A DNA stretch of 64,000 nt from Podarcis melisellensis (GCA_964234715.1 OZ174275.1), one strand, 5' to 3'; shown: positions 36,742 through 51,151, counted from the first letter of the stretch. Notes: generated by a model not told the origin, from the letters alone. Numbers and translations: made by a program.

Positions 36742-38557
36742 AGACAAACCATGCAGGACATTGCTTGAAATCTCACATTCTTTTAACTGGGTACCAATTT
36801 TCATGCTGTGAAACCTGGAAGTGGAACTCTGTGCTTCCAGGATACATCTGTGCCCCCTTATCAGATTCTACCAGCTACTTCTATGCTCTTCAGTGCTGGA
36901 TTTTGAAAAAAGACCAGTTATGGAGATACATTTTAGTTAGTCAGGTTGAGGATTAGCTGTAGTTGTGGCTGTAACCTTCCCAACAGTCAGCATAGGCCAC
37001 TGCATGATAACACTCCATTATGAATCTGCCTCAAGATGACAACCAGTTGGCTTTTGTGGCTAGCTTGGCTGCTCATTACTCTTCCTGTTAAATATTGGTA
37101 ATTCTGATCAACCTGGAAGGGGAGTTATATGGGTTAATTAGTTATTATTGGTGCTGCATTTGAAGACATTGCTTCCTGTATATGTGCTAAGTATTATTAG
37201 GGGTAATTTGTTCCCATCACTGACTCCCATTAGTGTGTTAATATGTTCACCGAGTAGCTCTAGGCTTCCATGGAAACTAATTTCTAACATAATAATGTGG
37301 CATACGCGCTCTCTTTTTTCCCTCTGACTGTCCCTAATTGTTAAAATTATACAAATATATTCTTTTTACAAATGGTATCTGGAACAAATATTAACCAGAG
37401 TGCTAATGAAATAATATTGTGTTGAGTTTGATGTGGAATTGAATTCCGCATACGTAGAGAGAAGGAAAATTTAGTCAGCGCAGGTAATTGACCATATTAC
37501 AATAATTTGTTAATTAGTAAATAGTTGTGCTGGCTTTCCTTCACTAAGCATTTTAAAATTGGCAATATGCAGCATAATTAATTGGCTACCCAGAGCCTTG
37601 AAAGAACTTGTAGCAACAGATACTATGGTTAGACATGTTTCCTAAACACCCCCCCCAAAAAAAAACGCCTTTCAGCATTTAACTACTGTGTATTCATGGG
37701 TAAGCTCTATTCAGTGACTCAGTGGCCCTGTAGTTGCATTATCCTTATATTACAAATGGGTGACTACTGGAAATGCCACTTTAAATAGAATATCTTTGCT
37801 GTTTGTCCTCCACATTGCACACATTATTTATTTAATACACTCATTTGCCGCCTTTCAGTAATACTTCCTATGGTGGTTTACAGTCTGACAGTCAAAATAG
37901 AATAGGAAAATACAGTAAAACATTTAAAACACTATAATCATTGCAATATAGTATAATTAATCAACATTGTTAAAATCAGCAAGCCCCCAAATCATCCAGC
38001 ATAATACAGCAAGTACCGCCACCAGACCCCAACCCACAATATTGGCCTACATCTGAGGCCAAATTACTAGGCCAGAATATGGAAGTGAGTTTTTAAGGCC
38101 TGCTTAAAATTATCCAGGAATGGGGCCTGTCTAAACTGGGGTTTACAAATTCCATAAAGTAGCGAACTCCTTAGGAACCTTCCCATTTTCATATTTATTT
38201 GTAAAAGTAATAAGAAGTAATACAGCCAGTAATGCACCTTTGTGTTTTTCCTTCTAGCTCTGCCTGTAACTTTTATGTAAGTTTTTCAATTACAGCTATT
38301 TGGTACTATACCAGGACCAAAGTAGACCCCTTTAGGTCATTCCAGAAGTTAGCAACGGTTGTTTGTATCACAACCAAAAGGTATCCTATCATATTTTTAT
38401 TTAGCAGTTCTGCGTCCTCACCCATAAACAAGCTTATCAGAGCTACTTCTAGGGCCCTTTTTGGTTGGTTGTTTGGTTGGTTGGTTAGTAATTTTAGATA
38501 TTTTTCCAATAGCCAAAATGTGGACCTGGGTGCAGGTCCACCACATATGTTTAAGAA

Positions 38558-38693
38558 CAGGCATGATCAAACTTGGCCCTCCAGATGTTTTGGGACTACA
38601 ACTCCCAACATCCCTGACCAATGGTCCTGTTAGCTAGGGATGATGGGAGTTGTAGTCCCAAAACAGCTGGAGGGCCAAGTTTGGCCAAGCCTG
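38558..38693. mobile_element. 136-bp palindromic hAT-like MITE
   Basis: Near-perfect fold-back; TSD TTTAAGAA/TTTTAGAA; same internal core as 4838. Confidence 0.9.
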
Positions 38694-38800
38694 TTTTAGA
38701 AGAACCTTTGTCCCCACACCTCTGCCAGCAAAGCATCAGGAAAAAAGGTACCCTTCTCACATAATTTGCAGCATCAATTATTTGCTAGCATTCATGGTGC

Positions 38801-38802
<2 letters not shown>

Positions 38803-38837
<35 letters not shown>
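38803..38837. repeat. (TG)n microsatellite
   Basis: Directly visible. Confidence 0.95.
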
Positions 38838-38840
<3 letters not shown>

Positions 38841-38945
38841 GTAAAGTAAATTGTACTTCATATATGTTACTTTATAGTGCAGTAAACAGCTCTTAGACTT
38901 ACTGCTTCTGTACACCATCAACTCAACTGGCCACTAGAAACTGGA

Positions 38946-39332
38946 TTCATTCAGATATTGTGCCAAAAACATAGTTTATACTAACCATAGCTAAGGATCC
39001 ACACTGTCATTTGACCTCCAAAATACAGGAAAGACAAGCCATGGTTAGAGCTACTTTTGTAGTTTTGCTTTCCAGTTGCTAAGCATGTGGCTTCATAAGT
39101 TCACTTCTTATGAAGTGAGCAGCAGCCTTTTGGTTCACAGCAATGACTATCACTGGTTTGTCAATTTAGACAAAAAAAGCAAGCCACAGTCAGCTCGCTT
39201 ATGGTTTGCAAACCAGTTTCAAACTGTGGTTTGGTGTCTTTGTTTGCCAGTTTCTCACAAGTCATGGTTTGTGATCTGATACAGGTTCAGTCATAAAAAT
39301 AAAACTATGGTTTGGTGTAACATCTGAATGAA
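38946..39332. mobile_element. MITE with ~30-bp TIR and internal AAACCATGGTTT-type repeats
   Basis: TTCATTCAGAT.TT..CCAAA..CATAGTTT / AAACTATGGTTTGGTGTAACATCTGAATGAA. Related relics near 28720, 45090, 51900, 59030 and 60770. Confidence 0.6.
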
Positions 39333-41541
39333 GTGATTGTTGTTATGCCATGTATTATCAGTGTCTGGCCTCTTGTTGCCCAGCTTGCTACCACTGAAAG
39401 ATGCCTTGGGAACCCTATCAAATGTCTTTTTTTCTGTCAGGAACTACAGTCTTATTCTGGCAGTAGGAGAGGGGGATTAGCCTCTTTAGAACATAGATGC
39501 CATATGCTTCTCTGTTACTTCTAACATATACTATGTAGTCATGAAATTTCAGGACAGTACCCAATTTTCCTGTTTTACTAGCACTAGAGACTTGCAGAAC
39601 ATAACTCTTTCCTCCTCAACCTTGTAGTAGTCCTCTGTACACCCTCCAGAAAGTTGGGCGATCTTGGGAGCAGATTTTGGGAGCATGATGGTGGAGGAGA
39701 AGAGCCTTGTTGCATGAGTGGAGTTGCAGAGCATTGGATGCAACCATCCGAGAGGCTCTTTTCATAACCCTGACAGAATGGTAAGGATAGAGCTACAAGG
39801 GACCACAAGGGCAGTTGCTTAGCAACCATTCCATGACCCCTGGGACAACTTAGAAATCACTGAGAAGCATATGGCATGTATGCTCTGGATAGCTTTTTCT
39901 TTTGCTAATGTTTCTAAGACCAGAATGAGATAAGTAGCCTTTGTCAGGAACATGGAGGCTTTTGACAAGGTATTTGTATCTTTAATCGTTGGCAGACCAT
40001 GCAAGGGTGCCTCACAGAAAACAAGAAGCCAATAACTTAACTGGTTCGTTTAGTATAATGGCAACCAGCATGAGCAGGGTAAATGACTCCTAATTTATTG
40101 TTCTTTACCAACCTAAAACTTCTTTTTCGTCAAACGTTGACCCATAATATTTTCTGTAGCAGTCCAAGTTGTGGCTTTCCCACATACCCATCCTTGGTTG
40201 ACTTTAGACAAATATGCATTTTTGTTCCAACAGGATTTTCCAATCAGATTTAGTGCTGCTAAGCTTGGCTCCATGTTTGCACGAGATTGTTTCCATTTTA
40301 GAATTGACGTTTTTTAATTGTGATTTTGTATTGTGTGCTTTAATAATGAAGTGAACTGCCTTGAGATGAGACCCAATAAAGGAATGGGCTTTTTTAGGGA
40401 GGGCTTTTTGCTCCCCAGTACTAAGAGATTTTGACTTACAGAGAGTTCTACAGTGAAACTTAGCAAGAACTGAGTTATATCAAAGCTAGACATCATCTTT
40501 GCTAGATAAAAAGCTGAGATTCTTATTTGAAGTGTGCTGTTTGATGTAACATACCTGGTAGACATGGCGTCTCAAAATGTATATGCCTTTTGATCACAAT
40601 AGACAACACAGAATCTGGATGTCTCGGTTAAAGAGAATCCTGAGACTCTCCGCCTTCCTATAAAAAGGTGGTAGCTAAGTTGGCCTTCATGGTGTGTTTC
40701 AGAACTTTCCATGGTTAGGAGCAGGACTTCTGCATGCTTTGAGTTTCTTCGTTTGTTCTCAGTCTCTTTCATTTCATCCACATTCATGTTTTACCATTAG
40801 TATTCAATAAATACTTGTCAGCTCTCTACATTAGTGATGTCTGTGTGGCCCTACAGTTGCTGTTGGACTGCGGTTGCCATCAGCCCCAGCTGCAATGGTC
40901 CGTGGTAGGGGATGATGGCAGTCATCTCACCTTTCAGTGGGTGCCCTCAGGAGCTACTGTTCCACTCCGTGGAGGGATGTCTCTTAGCAAAACATTCACT
41001 AGTGAGGTCATAGTAGTACTTAGGATTAGGGTTTTGGACTGAGGAGTTTCATTCAGCTATGAAACACACTGAGTGATACTGGGCCAGTGAGTGGAACACC
41101 TTCCCATCAGATGTCAAAGAGATAAGCAATTATACAACTTTCTGAAGACATCTGAAGGCAGCCCTGTATGGGAAAGTTTTTAATGTTTGATGTTTCACTG
41201 TGTTTTTTATATTCCGTTGGAAGCTGCTTAGAGTGGCTGGGCCAACCCAGTCAGATGTGCAGGGTGTAAGTAGCAAAATATTATTAGCCAAGCAGTTATC
41301 CAAGCTATAGTGTGTAGGACTGTAAATTGTGCTTGAATATTCTCCTCTTGTGTGAGGCTTGCCTCTCAGTTTTTGGTTCAGCACTGAACATAGCTTGCTT
41401 TGATGTCCAAATAAGCCAAGTGTGGTTAATGCTTGTAAACTTAAAATCAGAAACCCACTTCAAACTGTAGTGGAAAGCTGAGAGAGAAGCAATGGATGTG
41501 AAGGCAGAGTGAATATATGGCTCATTTTCAATCCTCTAAAC

Positions 41542-41684
41542 TAGGCATGTCCAATTTACAAGAGACTGCAATCTACCTCCACTATAAATTGTTGAGTCTT
41601 TTTTGGAAAGCCAAAGTTGTGGAGCTTTACTTTTTTCCGGGTAGATCAACCAGTAGATTGTGCTCGACTGGTTGGACATGCCTG
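41542..41684. mobile_element. hAT-like MITE (TIR AGGCATGTCCAA)
   Basis: TAGGCATGTCCAA...TTGGACATGCCTG; TSD CTCTAAAC/CTCTAATA; related to 55856. Confidence 0.7.
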
Positions 41685-43125
41685 CTCTAATAAACCATGG
41701 TTTGGAGGGTTTCCAGAATAGATAGTAGAAAAAGTTTCTACCTAGCAGTGAGGATAACACATGGTCACCCTAAGTCAGATGAATGGTGGAATAAAACTGT
41801 CTAAAATGTAATAATTTTTGCCTTAATGAGGAGATTTTAGAATAGAATTTTAGAACGCCATATTTAGAAGTTCCATCCTTACTTTCAATGTATGCATCTC
41901 CTAGGGCGGGGGTCGTGGCACTACTCCCGTTTCTCCATGGGTGATTTTGTCTGGAGAATTCTCAGACAGTGTTAGCTATTAATCATGAACAAAAACTGGG
42001 GATTGTTCTACTAATCGCTTTATGTCTCGGGAGACATTTGTTACTGATGGTTGAGTGATCAAGGTGATTGCAGCTCAGAATGTAAATAGCAATGGAAGGG
42101 AGCGTTTGTGATGGGAAAGGAAGCAATTATTGCACAAGGTCAGGAGTAGTTTGCATGATGAGCAAAAGGACAGAAAAGCATGCCATCAAATCCTAGTGTG
42201 TTCTCTGTCCTTCTCTATCTTGATTTGGGGAGAAATGGCTTTAGGTCAGCCTACAATGGCAGAGCTGTAGGTAGTTATTTGTGTGAAGATTTAAATTAAA
42301 TGTGCTTGGTTTGGGGATACTTCTGTTGCTCACTTTTAAGAATCTGTCTTAGGCTCTGGTGCTTTGTTGCATGTGACATCCATTGAAGCATGTACAAAAA
42401 TGTACAGGTGGGGTTCTGTTATGTCACTCAGTGTAACATGATATGCAATTTGAAGTTGATTATCTGTGGTCGCTACCTTCAGCACTTCCATCAAAATGAC
42501 TTAGCATTGATAGTGGCACTATTTTGCTCTGCACAGTCTTCACAAGGAAACATTATCGTCTCCCTCTCTCTGTTCAGTCTAGTCTCTCAGTTTGTTATTC
42601 AAGGAAGTGACACAAAATAGGTAAGCCACTGATACCTGCATCTGTTCCCAAGTATGCTACTTCTCTCCAGTCTAGAAGCAACTTACCAGTATTGCATCTC
42701 ACAGTATTCTAATACAAAATGAGTATATCTGATATATTGACCTTAGAACTTATATGACCAAGGCAAATTACTTTGACTGAAAATATGATTTAGGTGCTCC
42801 AGCCATTCAGGCATTTTAATATGTATCCTAGCTTTTGTGCATATTAACATAATGATTTAGATTGTCCCAAATCTGTGCTTTGAGCTTTAAAATGATGCCA
42901 AGATTGCCTTGGCATGGAGAATTTTTGGTTTGCCAACAATTGCATTTTAAAAGTGTGGGTATTGAATGGGAAAAAGAAAAACTTGTGTGGGAGGAAGGGA
43001 AAAAAACAAGTCAACTTGCAAAGACCACTTCATTGAGAATGAGTGGGATGTGGAGGGTAAACCCTTCTCTTCTGACAGTGTTCAAGGAGCTGCATGTTAA
43101 TTGAGTTTATATAAAACTGAAGGGA

Positions 43126-43270
43126 GGGGCTATAGCTCAATGGTGGAACACAGGCTTCATGTGCAGAAGTGTCTCTAGCCTAGCCCACTCCTTGGCACCA
43201 GGTAGCTGGGGATGTAGAAGATCTCTAAGATCCTGGGTAGTCATTGCCAGTCAAGAGCATGGAATGCTGA
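43126..43270 (+). mobile_element. Decayed tRNA-derived SINE
   Basis: GGGGCTATAGCTCAATGGTGGAACAC head. Confidence 0.55.
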
Positions 43271-46200
43271 TAGCTGAGAACCCAAAACAAGATTTGAGCT
43301 TGCAGATATGCAGCAGGTTGGTTTACTACACGGATGAGACCTCATTATTGAGCTTACTCTGTGGCATTGATGGTAAAGCAGAAACAATACTTAGCTGTCA
43401 AAATGGGGTTGTCTTGTACCCCCAGTAGTGTTTCCCACTGCTGCAGAAATGTTACATCTATCTGCATACAGAGTTAAGCTTTCACATTTTATTACTGTAA
43501 AGTGCTGGTGTCTAGAGGGCCTGAAGGAAAACTCTGCTGCTTCAGAAAAGCTTGCTACATCTTAAAATGTGTGTCAGTCTGCAGGGCCAACAAGGTTACA
43601 AACATCTTGCACTTCATGTGCTTAGTGTGGCTCATCAGAGAATTCTGTTCTAGTAGCGTAATTGCTTCCTGTCTCTGTGTATAGTTTACAATCTATGGGT
43701 CAGGAGCTTGATTTAGCATACAAAACCCCATCAGGGCCCAAGTTGGGTCAAGCTGATTCTTACACACATTATCAGTGAAGCGGATAAGACAAAATCACTA
43801 GCTGAGAGTGAGCTGTACAGGGAATCTGAGGGCTGTGGGTCATTTGGAACACCTGGTCTGTTCCTAGCTGGAAAACAGCAAGGCAGTAGGCTCAAGATGG
43901 TTGCAGCAAAAGGGAGCAGAATGTTTCTGTGTTTGTAACTGGCTACTCATTTCCCACTTTGTTGACACGTGATCATAGCCTGTTCATGTTAAGCAGTGTA
44001 TTGTGTAATTGGGGAACCAAGAAAAATGTCGCGGCAATCCCTTCTTGTGATCAGAGCAGCTCCAAAAACATATACATTCCTAATAATGGAGGGTACCACC
44101 CTTTGGTTTCTAGCTTTCACTTTTTGCAGAGTTCAGCATTTAGCTGAATGCCCAGTATGACCTGAAAGAAGGAGAAAATAAAGTGGCTGTGAAAGAGTGA
44201 TTTGCTCAAGAAAATCCAATTAGCTTCATGACTAGACAGTGATGTGAGTTCAAGGCCTTGTAGCTTAAGTCCAACAATGCTACAACCCTGCATATGGTGG
44301 AAAGTCACCAACTTGGTGTGGGAAACCTGCTGAGCACGCTAGCGTTTTACAGTGAGTGAAACAGCTCTCTGGGCATCACAGTTACTATGTGAAACCTCCA
44401 GAACAGGTTGTGAATGGTTGAAAATCACGTTAAATTAATTACAATAGTCATGTCATAAGGTGAGCTTTTCAGGTGCTTGTAAAAGTGAGCTAGATTTTGT
44501 GTAGACACTGCTGCCCTGGTCAAGTGTAATCCAGTTTTGCAGCTTATAAAATTTGAAAAATGCACCCTTACACAAGTCCTGCATCTTTTTAACAAACGTT
44601 AAATAGTTCTCATGTTTATCTGGAATGCAGGCAAGTGGTCTTTCTATGCCTGCATGAGCAACAATTCTACAATTTACAGAGATTGCTGGAAAATTTAATG
44701 GAAGAACTCAAGGGACTATCTCACTAATAAATATTGCCCTGAAGGCTAAATGGAAAATCTAAAAAAACCCTGATAATTATTCAGCTCTGAAGATCAGGGA
44801 AAGAAGAGGAGAGAGAGAAAAACACTTTAGATAAAAGTGGTAGTCTTGTAATTTCTTGCACATTGGTTTTAACACCCCAGAGTCATTCAATCTGAATATA
44901 GTACATGAATCCCAGAGCTTATGTTCCCTTAGGCCTTTACAAAGTGAATAATTTGTAACTGCAGAATCTGATTATATGTTCCAAGTCGGGTATAAATGAG
45001 TTTTGAGTCTTGAATTTAGGGATAGTAAGTATGGCTGGCACATAGTTTAAAGTACTTTGAAGTCCCTTCTTATTTTGCCGTGTCAGTCCAGATACTGTGC
45101 AAAACTAAGGTTTGTGCCACCCAGAATCACACCATAGTTTGAGCTTTCAGATGTATAGCAGGCACACCCTGGTTGTGTGTTCCTCTCACAACTGCTCATC
45201 AATTTACTTCATCTCTTGTCTCCATGGGGCAGCAGTTTCTTGAGGTTGTGTAATAATCTTAACTGTGAACTATCAATGGCTTGTGATTTTTGACACAACG
45301 GTGAACCACGGTTAGCATAATCTGTATTTTGCAAACCAGCTTCAAACCATGGTTTGATACCCATTGTGTTTGAGCAGTTTGGTTTGGATGAATAAACAAA
45401 CTGTTATTTGAATGATATTTGAATGCAGCTATGCATGGCTGCCCCACTAATTGTGGGGCAGTGCATCCAAAAGGAGCCTGATTGCTGCTTCCTTAAGAGA
45501 TGATGGCACCTTTCTCTCTTAAGGGCACTTTTATACTCTTCTGCATAGGGCCAGTTCTTTTCTCATACAGTCGGAACCATCCATGATCGGCAAGGATCCA
45601 AAAGAAATATGATTGTACGCACTTCCTCAAGCCTTCTGTTACCATTGGAGAAGGAAACGGTGTGAAACTTATCCAAGCAAACAGAACAAGGTAGTACCAG
45701 TGACACCTCTGGCTTGCATTCTGCTTCAACAGTAAGATAGCTAAATCGTGTTAGATGTGAACAATTTCATACACAAAATGTTGATGAGTTCCTTCACAGG
45801 GGCATTGCAGAAGTGAGCTGAGTGACTAAGACTGCAGAGACAGAAAATGTTTCATCGCTCAGAGCAGCTCTCAGCAACAGTGCATATGCACATGATGACG
45901 GGAGGAAAGCCATTACTGCCACTGCAGTCCTTTTAACAGCTTGTTCACTTTTATCTCCTGTATACCTACAAGAATAATTGATGCCCTCTTCAGCTGGAAC
46001 CCACATCAGATCATTTCTGGCTTGATGGGATCCTGTTTATCTAACAAATGTAATGATGCTATTAAAAGCACTGTCTTTCAGTAATTCAGAAACTGGATTC
46101 CAAAGCTGCAAGTGCGTTGATGCCTTCAACAAAATTAATTTTTGACTTTACAGGTTGTGGATGTGTCTCTTGCACATGTCGAACAGCAAGCTTCAGTAGT

Positions 46201-48420
46201 TGTGTCCGATTCTTATTGCTTGTTATGAGCTTCACAGGAGAAGCAGACAGATTTCCTTTCCAGAAATGTGTGTCAACTTTCCTGACCTCGTAACATGTGC
46301 TCATCCGTTTCTGTGACCTTGGGTGTAAAACAAATGAATAGAGGGGTTTTTTTATTGCCTAGACTGGCTTGTAGCACCTTCTGTGAAGTCTTTTTGCAAA
46401 CAATGTAGTGTGAATCTATCCCTTGAGTCATATCCCAGCATTCATAAAGTGTGTTCCTTTGGTAGCATACTAGTCTTGATGAATTTGGCCAGAGGTTTTT
46501 GCTTTTTCCTCTTTGCTCTTTCTGTCTGGGTGTTTTAAAATGACAAAAAAATAATATACTCATTATTCAGTTTAACGTTAAAATTGTATCTAACTTACTT
46601 GAAATTCCTGGATTTAATGTTAGAGGAATTTGACTTTGGTGTGATGTCAATGGTTTTTTTGGCATAGATTTGGCCACCTCTTGAGATACCATTGCCACAC
46701 ACAGCATGAGAGTTCCTGAGATTGTGGTAGCAGCCTTCATCAATGTCTGGATACCAGGTTCCACTTCGAATGAAGATGCCATTTTGAATTGCCCAGTATT
46801 TTATGTGAGTGGCCCAAGCTCACAAAACACACAATCCACTTAAAAATCACAATATTTTTTGGTTTCTAAAAAAAAAAAAAAAATTCCTGGGCAGTGCCAG
46901 GCACTCCCTACTAACTGACATAAAAAACCTAAACAATGAGGGGTGGGAAGGGGAGAAGAGGAATATTAGAGCATTTGGTCTCATGACATTCTCAAGGCCC
47001 AGAAGAAGGATGTCTAAAAAAGCCATTGGTCAAAAATAACACCCATCACCCTTGTCATACTCCAGAGTTATTAAGATGGATCCCCTCACACCTCTGGGAA
47101 AAGATTTAAGTAGATTATGCTTCCTGTTCCTCATTCACGTGAGAGAGACATTACAACTGCATGGAGTCCCAAGTGAGTTAATGACAACTCCTAGCAGCTG
47201 TTTACAGAGGAAGCCCAGTGTCTTGCTTAGAGGAGTGTGGCCTGATGTCTGAATTAATGCACGGAGCTGCTTCTGAAAAGAGAATTGCATTATCCGACTT
47301 TTTAACTCTTATCAACTTGCAAATGTCATGTAGTCCACAGTGCTTATCTCAAGGTGACGAGTTCTTGGGATGCCCTCGATCACCTACTGAATATCTGATG
47401 CAGAGGCCTAAGCATGAATATGCAGATCTCCATATTCCACCTGCCAGCACAGAACACTTGTAGTGAACATTTAGGTTCTGTGGCCTCGACAGGGCAAGAC
47501 ATTAATCTTAATACAGAGGAAATGGTGGTAATTTATTCAGCAAGTGCCAGTGGGATACTTGGAGGCCCGCCATACAAGGGAAATGGCATGGCACCTGCGC
47601 CCATGGTTCAGAGCAGAAACTGAGGAAATTCTCCGTTACTGCATGAATCATTTGGGGGGTATAACATAAGGCAGAATTTGCTTTTGGGATATAAATTCAT
47701 GTTTTAAACACTGTTTGACAGGAATTAATGTTTGCAAGCTGTGTCATACAACAGAAGCGACACAGAAGACACAAGTGTGTGGAGGCATGTAGTGCCTAAG
47801 ATTGTGTTTCCCCCAGGGGGTGTATGATGCTGCAGCAAAACTCTACTGAAACTTGCACTGCCTCATTTCCATTTTTGGGACGAATAATTCCAAGCTACCT
47901 CTGTAAACATCTCTTTTAATAAGGCCACCTGGATTTTGCTACAGAATCTGGTGATGGTGAGACTTGGTTAAAATCCATTTGATTGTATTAAAATCCTAAT
48001 TTACATAGTGTGCTATTTACTCTCCAGAGACACATGACTTGCTGCAGTGTATTGGAAGCTTTGAGCAGGTAAGCACTGCATTTTAAAGTAAGTCACTTCA
48101 GCTTTTAGACTCAGCAGGCAGAAAGTAATACTGGACACCCCCTCATAGCTATAAGAAGGGAACAAGCATTAATTACAGACACGGCATGTTAATTCTTAGA
48201 ACTGTTCCTGTAATCACACATTAAAGAAATGAGTGCGCTGCAGCACATTTTTCTGGCCTCTGAAAATGCACACTTCCCCTGAGAAATCACATGAACGGCA
48301 AAGGGGTTTAGGCAGCGCAGCAGGTCACATATATTCTGTCTGAGCAGGTTGTGTGTAATGAGAGACTACTGTCACATGTGGTGAGGGACAACTTTACTTG
48401 GGATAGCAGAATGGGGGGGC

Positions 48421-48423
<3 letters not shown>

Positions 48424-48452
<29 letters not shown>
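48424..48452. repeat. (GA)n microsatellite
   Basis: Directly visible. Confidence 0.95.
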
Positions 48453-48454
<2 letters not shown>

Positions 48455-49349
48455 TGCCCTGCCCACTTTTATCCCTGGCCACTACCAACTCCGCTCCTGG
48501 TATGTGATTCCCTGAGGAGTAAGTCACAGGGAATGCTGTCCTCAGTTCAGCATCCCTGGTGTATTACCATCATATCAGTGCATGCAGGGCTGCATTTCAA
48601 AGTTACACATTTACTGTTCGTCTTATTTGATCACCTCTTTGTGTGAGGTGTTTGAATTCAAACTTTCTTCAGTTTTTCACTCTTCATAGCTCCAAACCGG
48701 TGCAGCGGATATTAAAAACACATAGTTGGGGAGGGTGAGGCTTTCACTAAGTAATAGCATTGAATGGGGAAGTGAAGAGGCTGCAGGAGAAACACAGTGT
48801 TTTAATAGACTACAGGGCTAGAATGTATGTCTCTTGTTCAAGAGTTAGACTCAATAACAGCTTGCCTACAGACAGTGGGAGGCAGAGAATGCAATAATTG
48901 CAATATCCCTTATAGCCTCCAACAGCAATGTTGATTGCCATGAAAATAAAGTGGGATTTTTTGGCGTTCATATTGATCCTTGAAAAATCATCCTTTGCTA
49001 CTGCATACCCTTCCTCGCGATCCCTTTCGTTCTGAAAAAGATGAATACAGGTGATGTCTATTTTGGTCAGTGATACCTGTTCCAGGAATGTGTAGAAGCT
49101 GCGGCCATGGATAGCATTGTGTCTGCTGGGTTCTCTAATAGGAACCTGTTTTGAGTGCCCACATTAGGCCTCTTAATTGCGTCTAATATATATTTACCAT
49201 GCAGTTCTAATGGAAACCAATGCCACTACCTTGCTGAATGGTGTGAGGGATTGTTGTCCCCCCGTTGTAAACCCTTATAGTTTCTCTGTGACCTCTTTGG
49301 GGTCTGTTTCCATTGGTGTCCCAGGATTGCTTGCTGCATCAAGCAGAGG

Positions 49350-49510
49350 AAGGGACATAGGTCATTGGGAGAGCACATGTTTTGTGTCAAGGTAGGACTG
49401 GGATTGTCCCCTGTCTGAAACCCTGGAGAGCCTTTGCCAGTTTGTGTAGACTAAATTGAGCAAGGTCAACCAGTGTTCTGCCCTGCTATGAGATGGCTTT
49501 CTAGTCCTAT
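49350..49510 (+). mobile_element. Decayed tRNA-derived SINE
   Basis: Body CTGTCTGAAACCCTGGAGAGCCTTTGCCAGTTTGTGTAGAC. Confidence 0.55.
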
Positions 49511-49752
49511 GACTCATAGTGGTTTGAAATTTGGGCATTGCTTTCTTTCCCATCCCTACCCTACAGTGGGGCTTTCACTTGTTTACCTGTTTAGGGATAC
49601 ATTTGTCTCATAGCTGCATTTTTTAGGCTTCAGGTAGGTCTTTGTGTCTGGGAAGGCATGTCCAGTTCACATGTGATGCTGTACCAAACCATGGTTAAAT
49701 AGGGACTCGGCTACATTAGTCAAAAAACTGTTTTGAATGTGTTATAAATACG

Positions 49753-49771
49753 CAACACCAGATGGCGCTGT
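49753..49771 (+). promoter_or_regulatory. Candidate CTCF site
   Basis: CAACACCAGATGGCGCTGT closely matches the CCASYAGRKGGCRS core and retains its CpG in non-repeat intronic DNA. Confidence 0.55.
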
Positions 49772-50329
49772 AGAGCAAAAAACTTTTCTATGTGATCTTA
49801 CATAGTTCTCCCCCTTTTGTTATAATGAATTAATTTCTGACTTATTTATAGCGTTTTTTCCCCTGTGTGTAGATCCACCCTAGGAGTGTGCAAGAGTGTG
49901 GGTAGTTGGCAGGAAAAGTTACTGCCACTTTGTTCTTCCACTGGTTGTAGAGCTTGGGGAGGAGCTACTTGTCCGGACACTCAACTTGGGGGCTGACAGG
50001 CCATAGCACCCCAAAATGGTGGTTATGGAGGTTTCCTGGAATTGATGCATGTCATAGGGTGACCTGTAACCTTGATCAACCCTGCTGATCCACAACTCGC
50101 AAGTGGGCTGGTTGATTTAAGGAGACATACCCATTCCCTATGCCAAAACCTGCTGACATCTGTAATCAATACAGCTGTGGCCTGTTTAACCCCATACCTA
50201 GGTCACATGTTTTATTGCTGCCTGTTTTGTATTCAGCCCCCTTTGGCTCTGCTGCGCCCTGTCATGCAAACAGATTGTGTCGTAATAGTAATGTGCCTGT
50301 TTGTTTTTCTCTTTGTCTTTCCATTGCAG

Positions 50330-50456
50330 ACCATCTTTCCAGCCTGCCTATTATCAGCAAAGATGTCCCCATTGATAGAGAAAATTAGTGATCAGAAGGA
50401 CTTCAAGAAGCTCCTGAGAACACGGAACAATGTCTTGGTGCTATATTCCAAATCTT
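50330..50456 (+). CDS. PDIA5: PDIA5 coding exon 2 (TIFPACLLSAKMSPLIEKISDQKDFKKLLRTRNNVLVLYSKS)
   Basis: Pyrimidine tract plus TTGCAG acceptor, 127 nt, donor T|GTGAGT. Translation matches human PDIA5 SAKVSSLIERISDPKDLKKLLRTRNNVLVLYSKS as I recall it. Confidence 0.97.
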
Positions 50457-51118
50457 GTGAGTGCTGCTCATTAAAAAGCAAGCAAAGGCTTAAGAGCAAT
50501 TAATATGTTAACAAATAATGCTGAGTGGCTGAATGTTGAAAGGATAACTAAAAGAGCAAGGATTATTATTATTTTTTTAAAGCTAATTCTTGATTTCAGA
50601 CCTTATATACTGTATATCTGATAAATAGCAGACTGTTTTGCAGACTAATGCAAGCATTTGCTGATAAAACTTTGGGACCCCCCCCCCCCCGGAATGAATT
50701 CATTTCTCCCTTGCTATTTTCCTTCCTGTCCTTACACCGAACAAAATAAGTTTTTTTAATGTTATAACTTTTATAAATAAAATGATGTATCGCTTCTGTT
50801 TTGTAAGAGCAGTCCTATAACGAGAAGCGCAGATGGAGGCAGATCTGGTGGAGCTTTTCGGCTTAACATCACACAAGTCATTCCATTATTTTGCCTTGAG
50901 GCACTCTTCATACCATTTCTTTTCCCTTTATTCTCTTAACACACATCAAGGATGTTCTCAGCAATAGTTTTATTTGCCCTTTATCATATATATATATATA
51001 ATATATAAACACTGTGTGTGAAAAAGAGCAATTTTCCTTCCTCTACGCCTAGTTATACAAGCATCCCCACACACCAAGTTGGTGTCACCAGCATTTGTGT
51101 TTATCCTTCTGTTTCCTT

Positions 51119-51151
51119 CTCTCTCTCTCTCTCTCTCTCTCCCCCCCCCCC
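51119..51151. repeat. (CT)n plus poly-C tract
   Basis: Directly visible. Confidence 0.9.
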
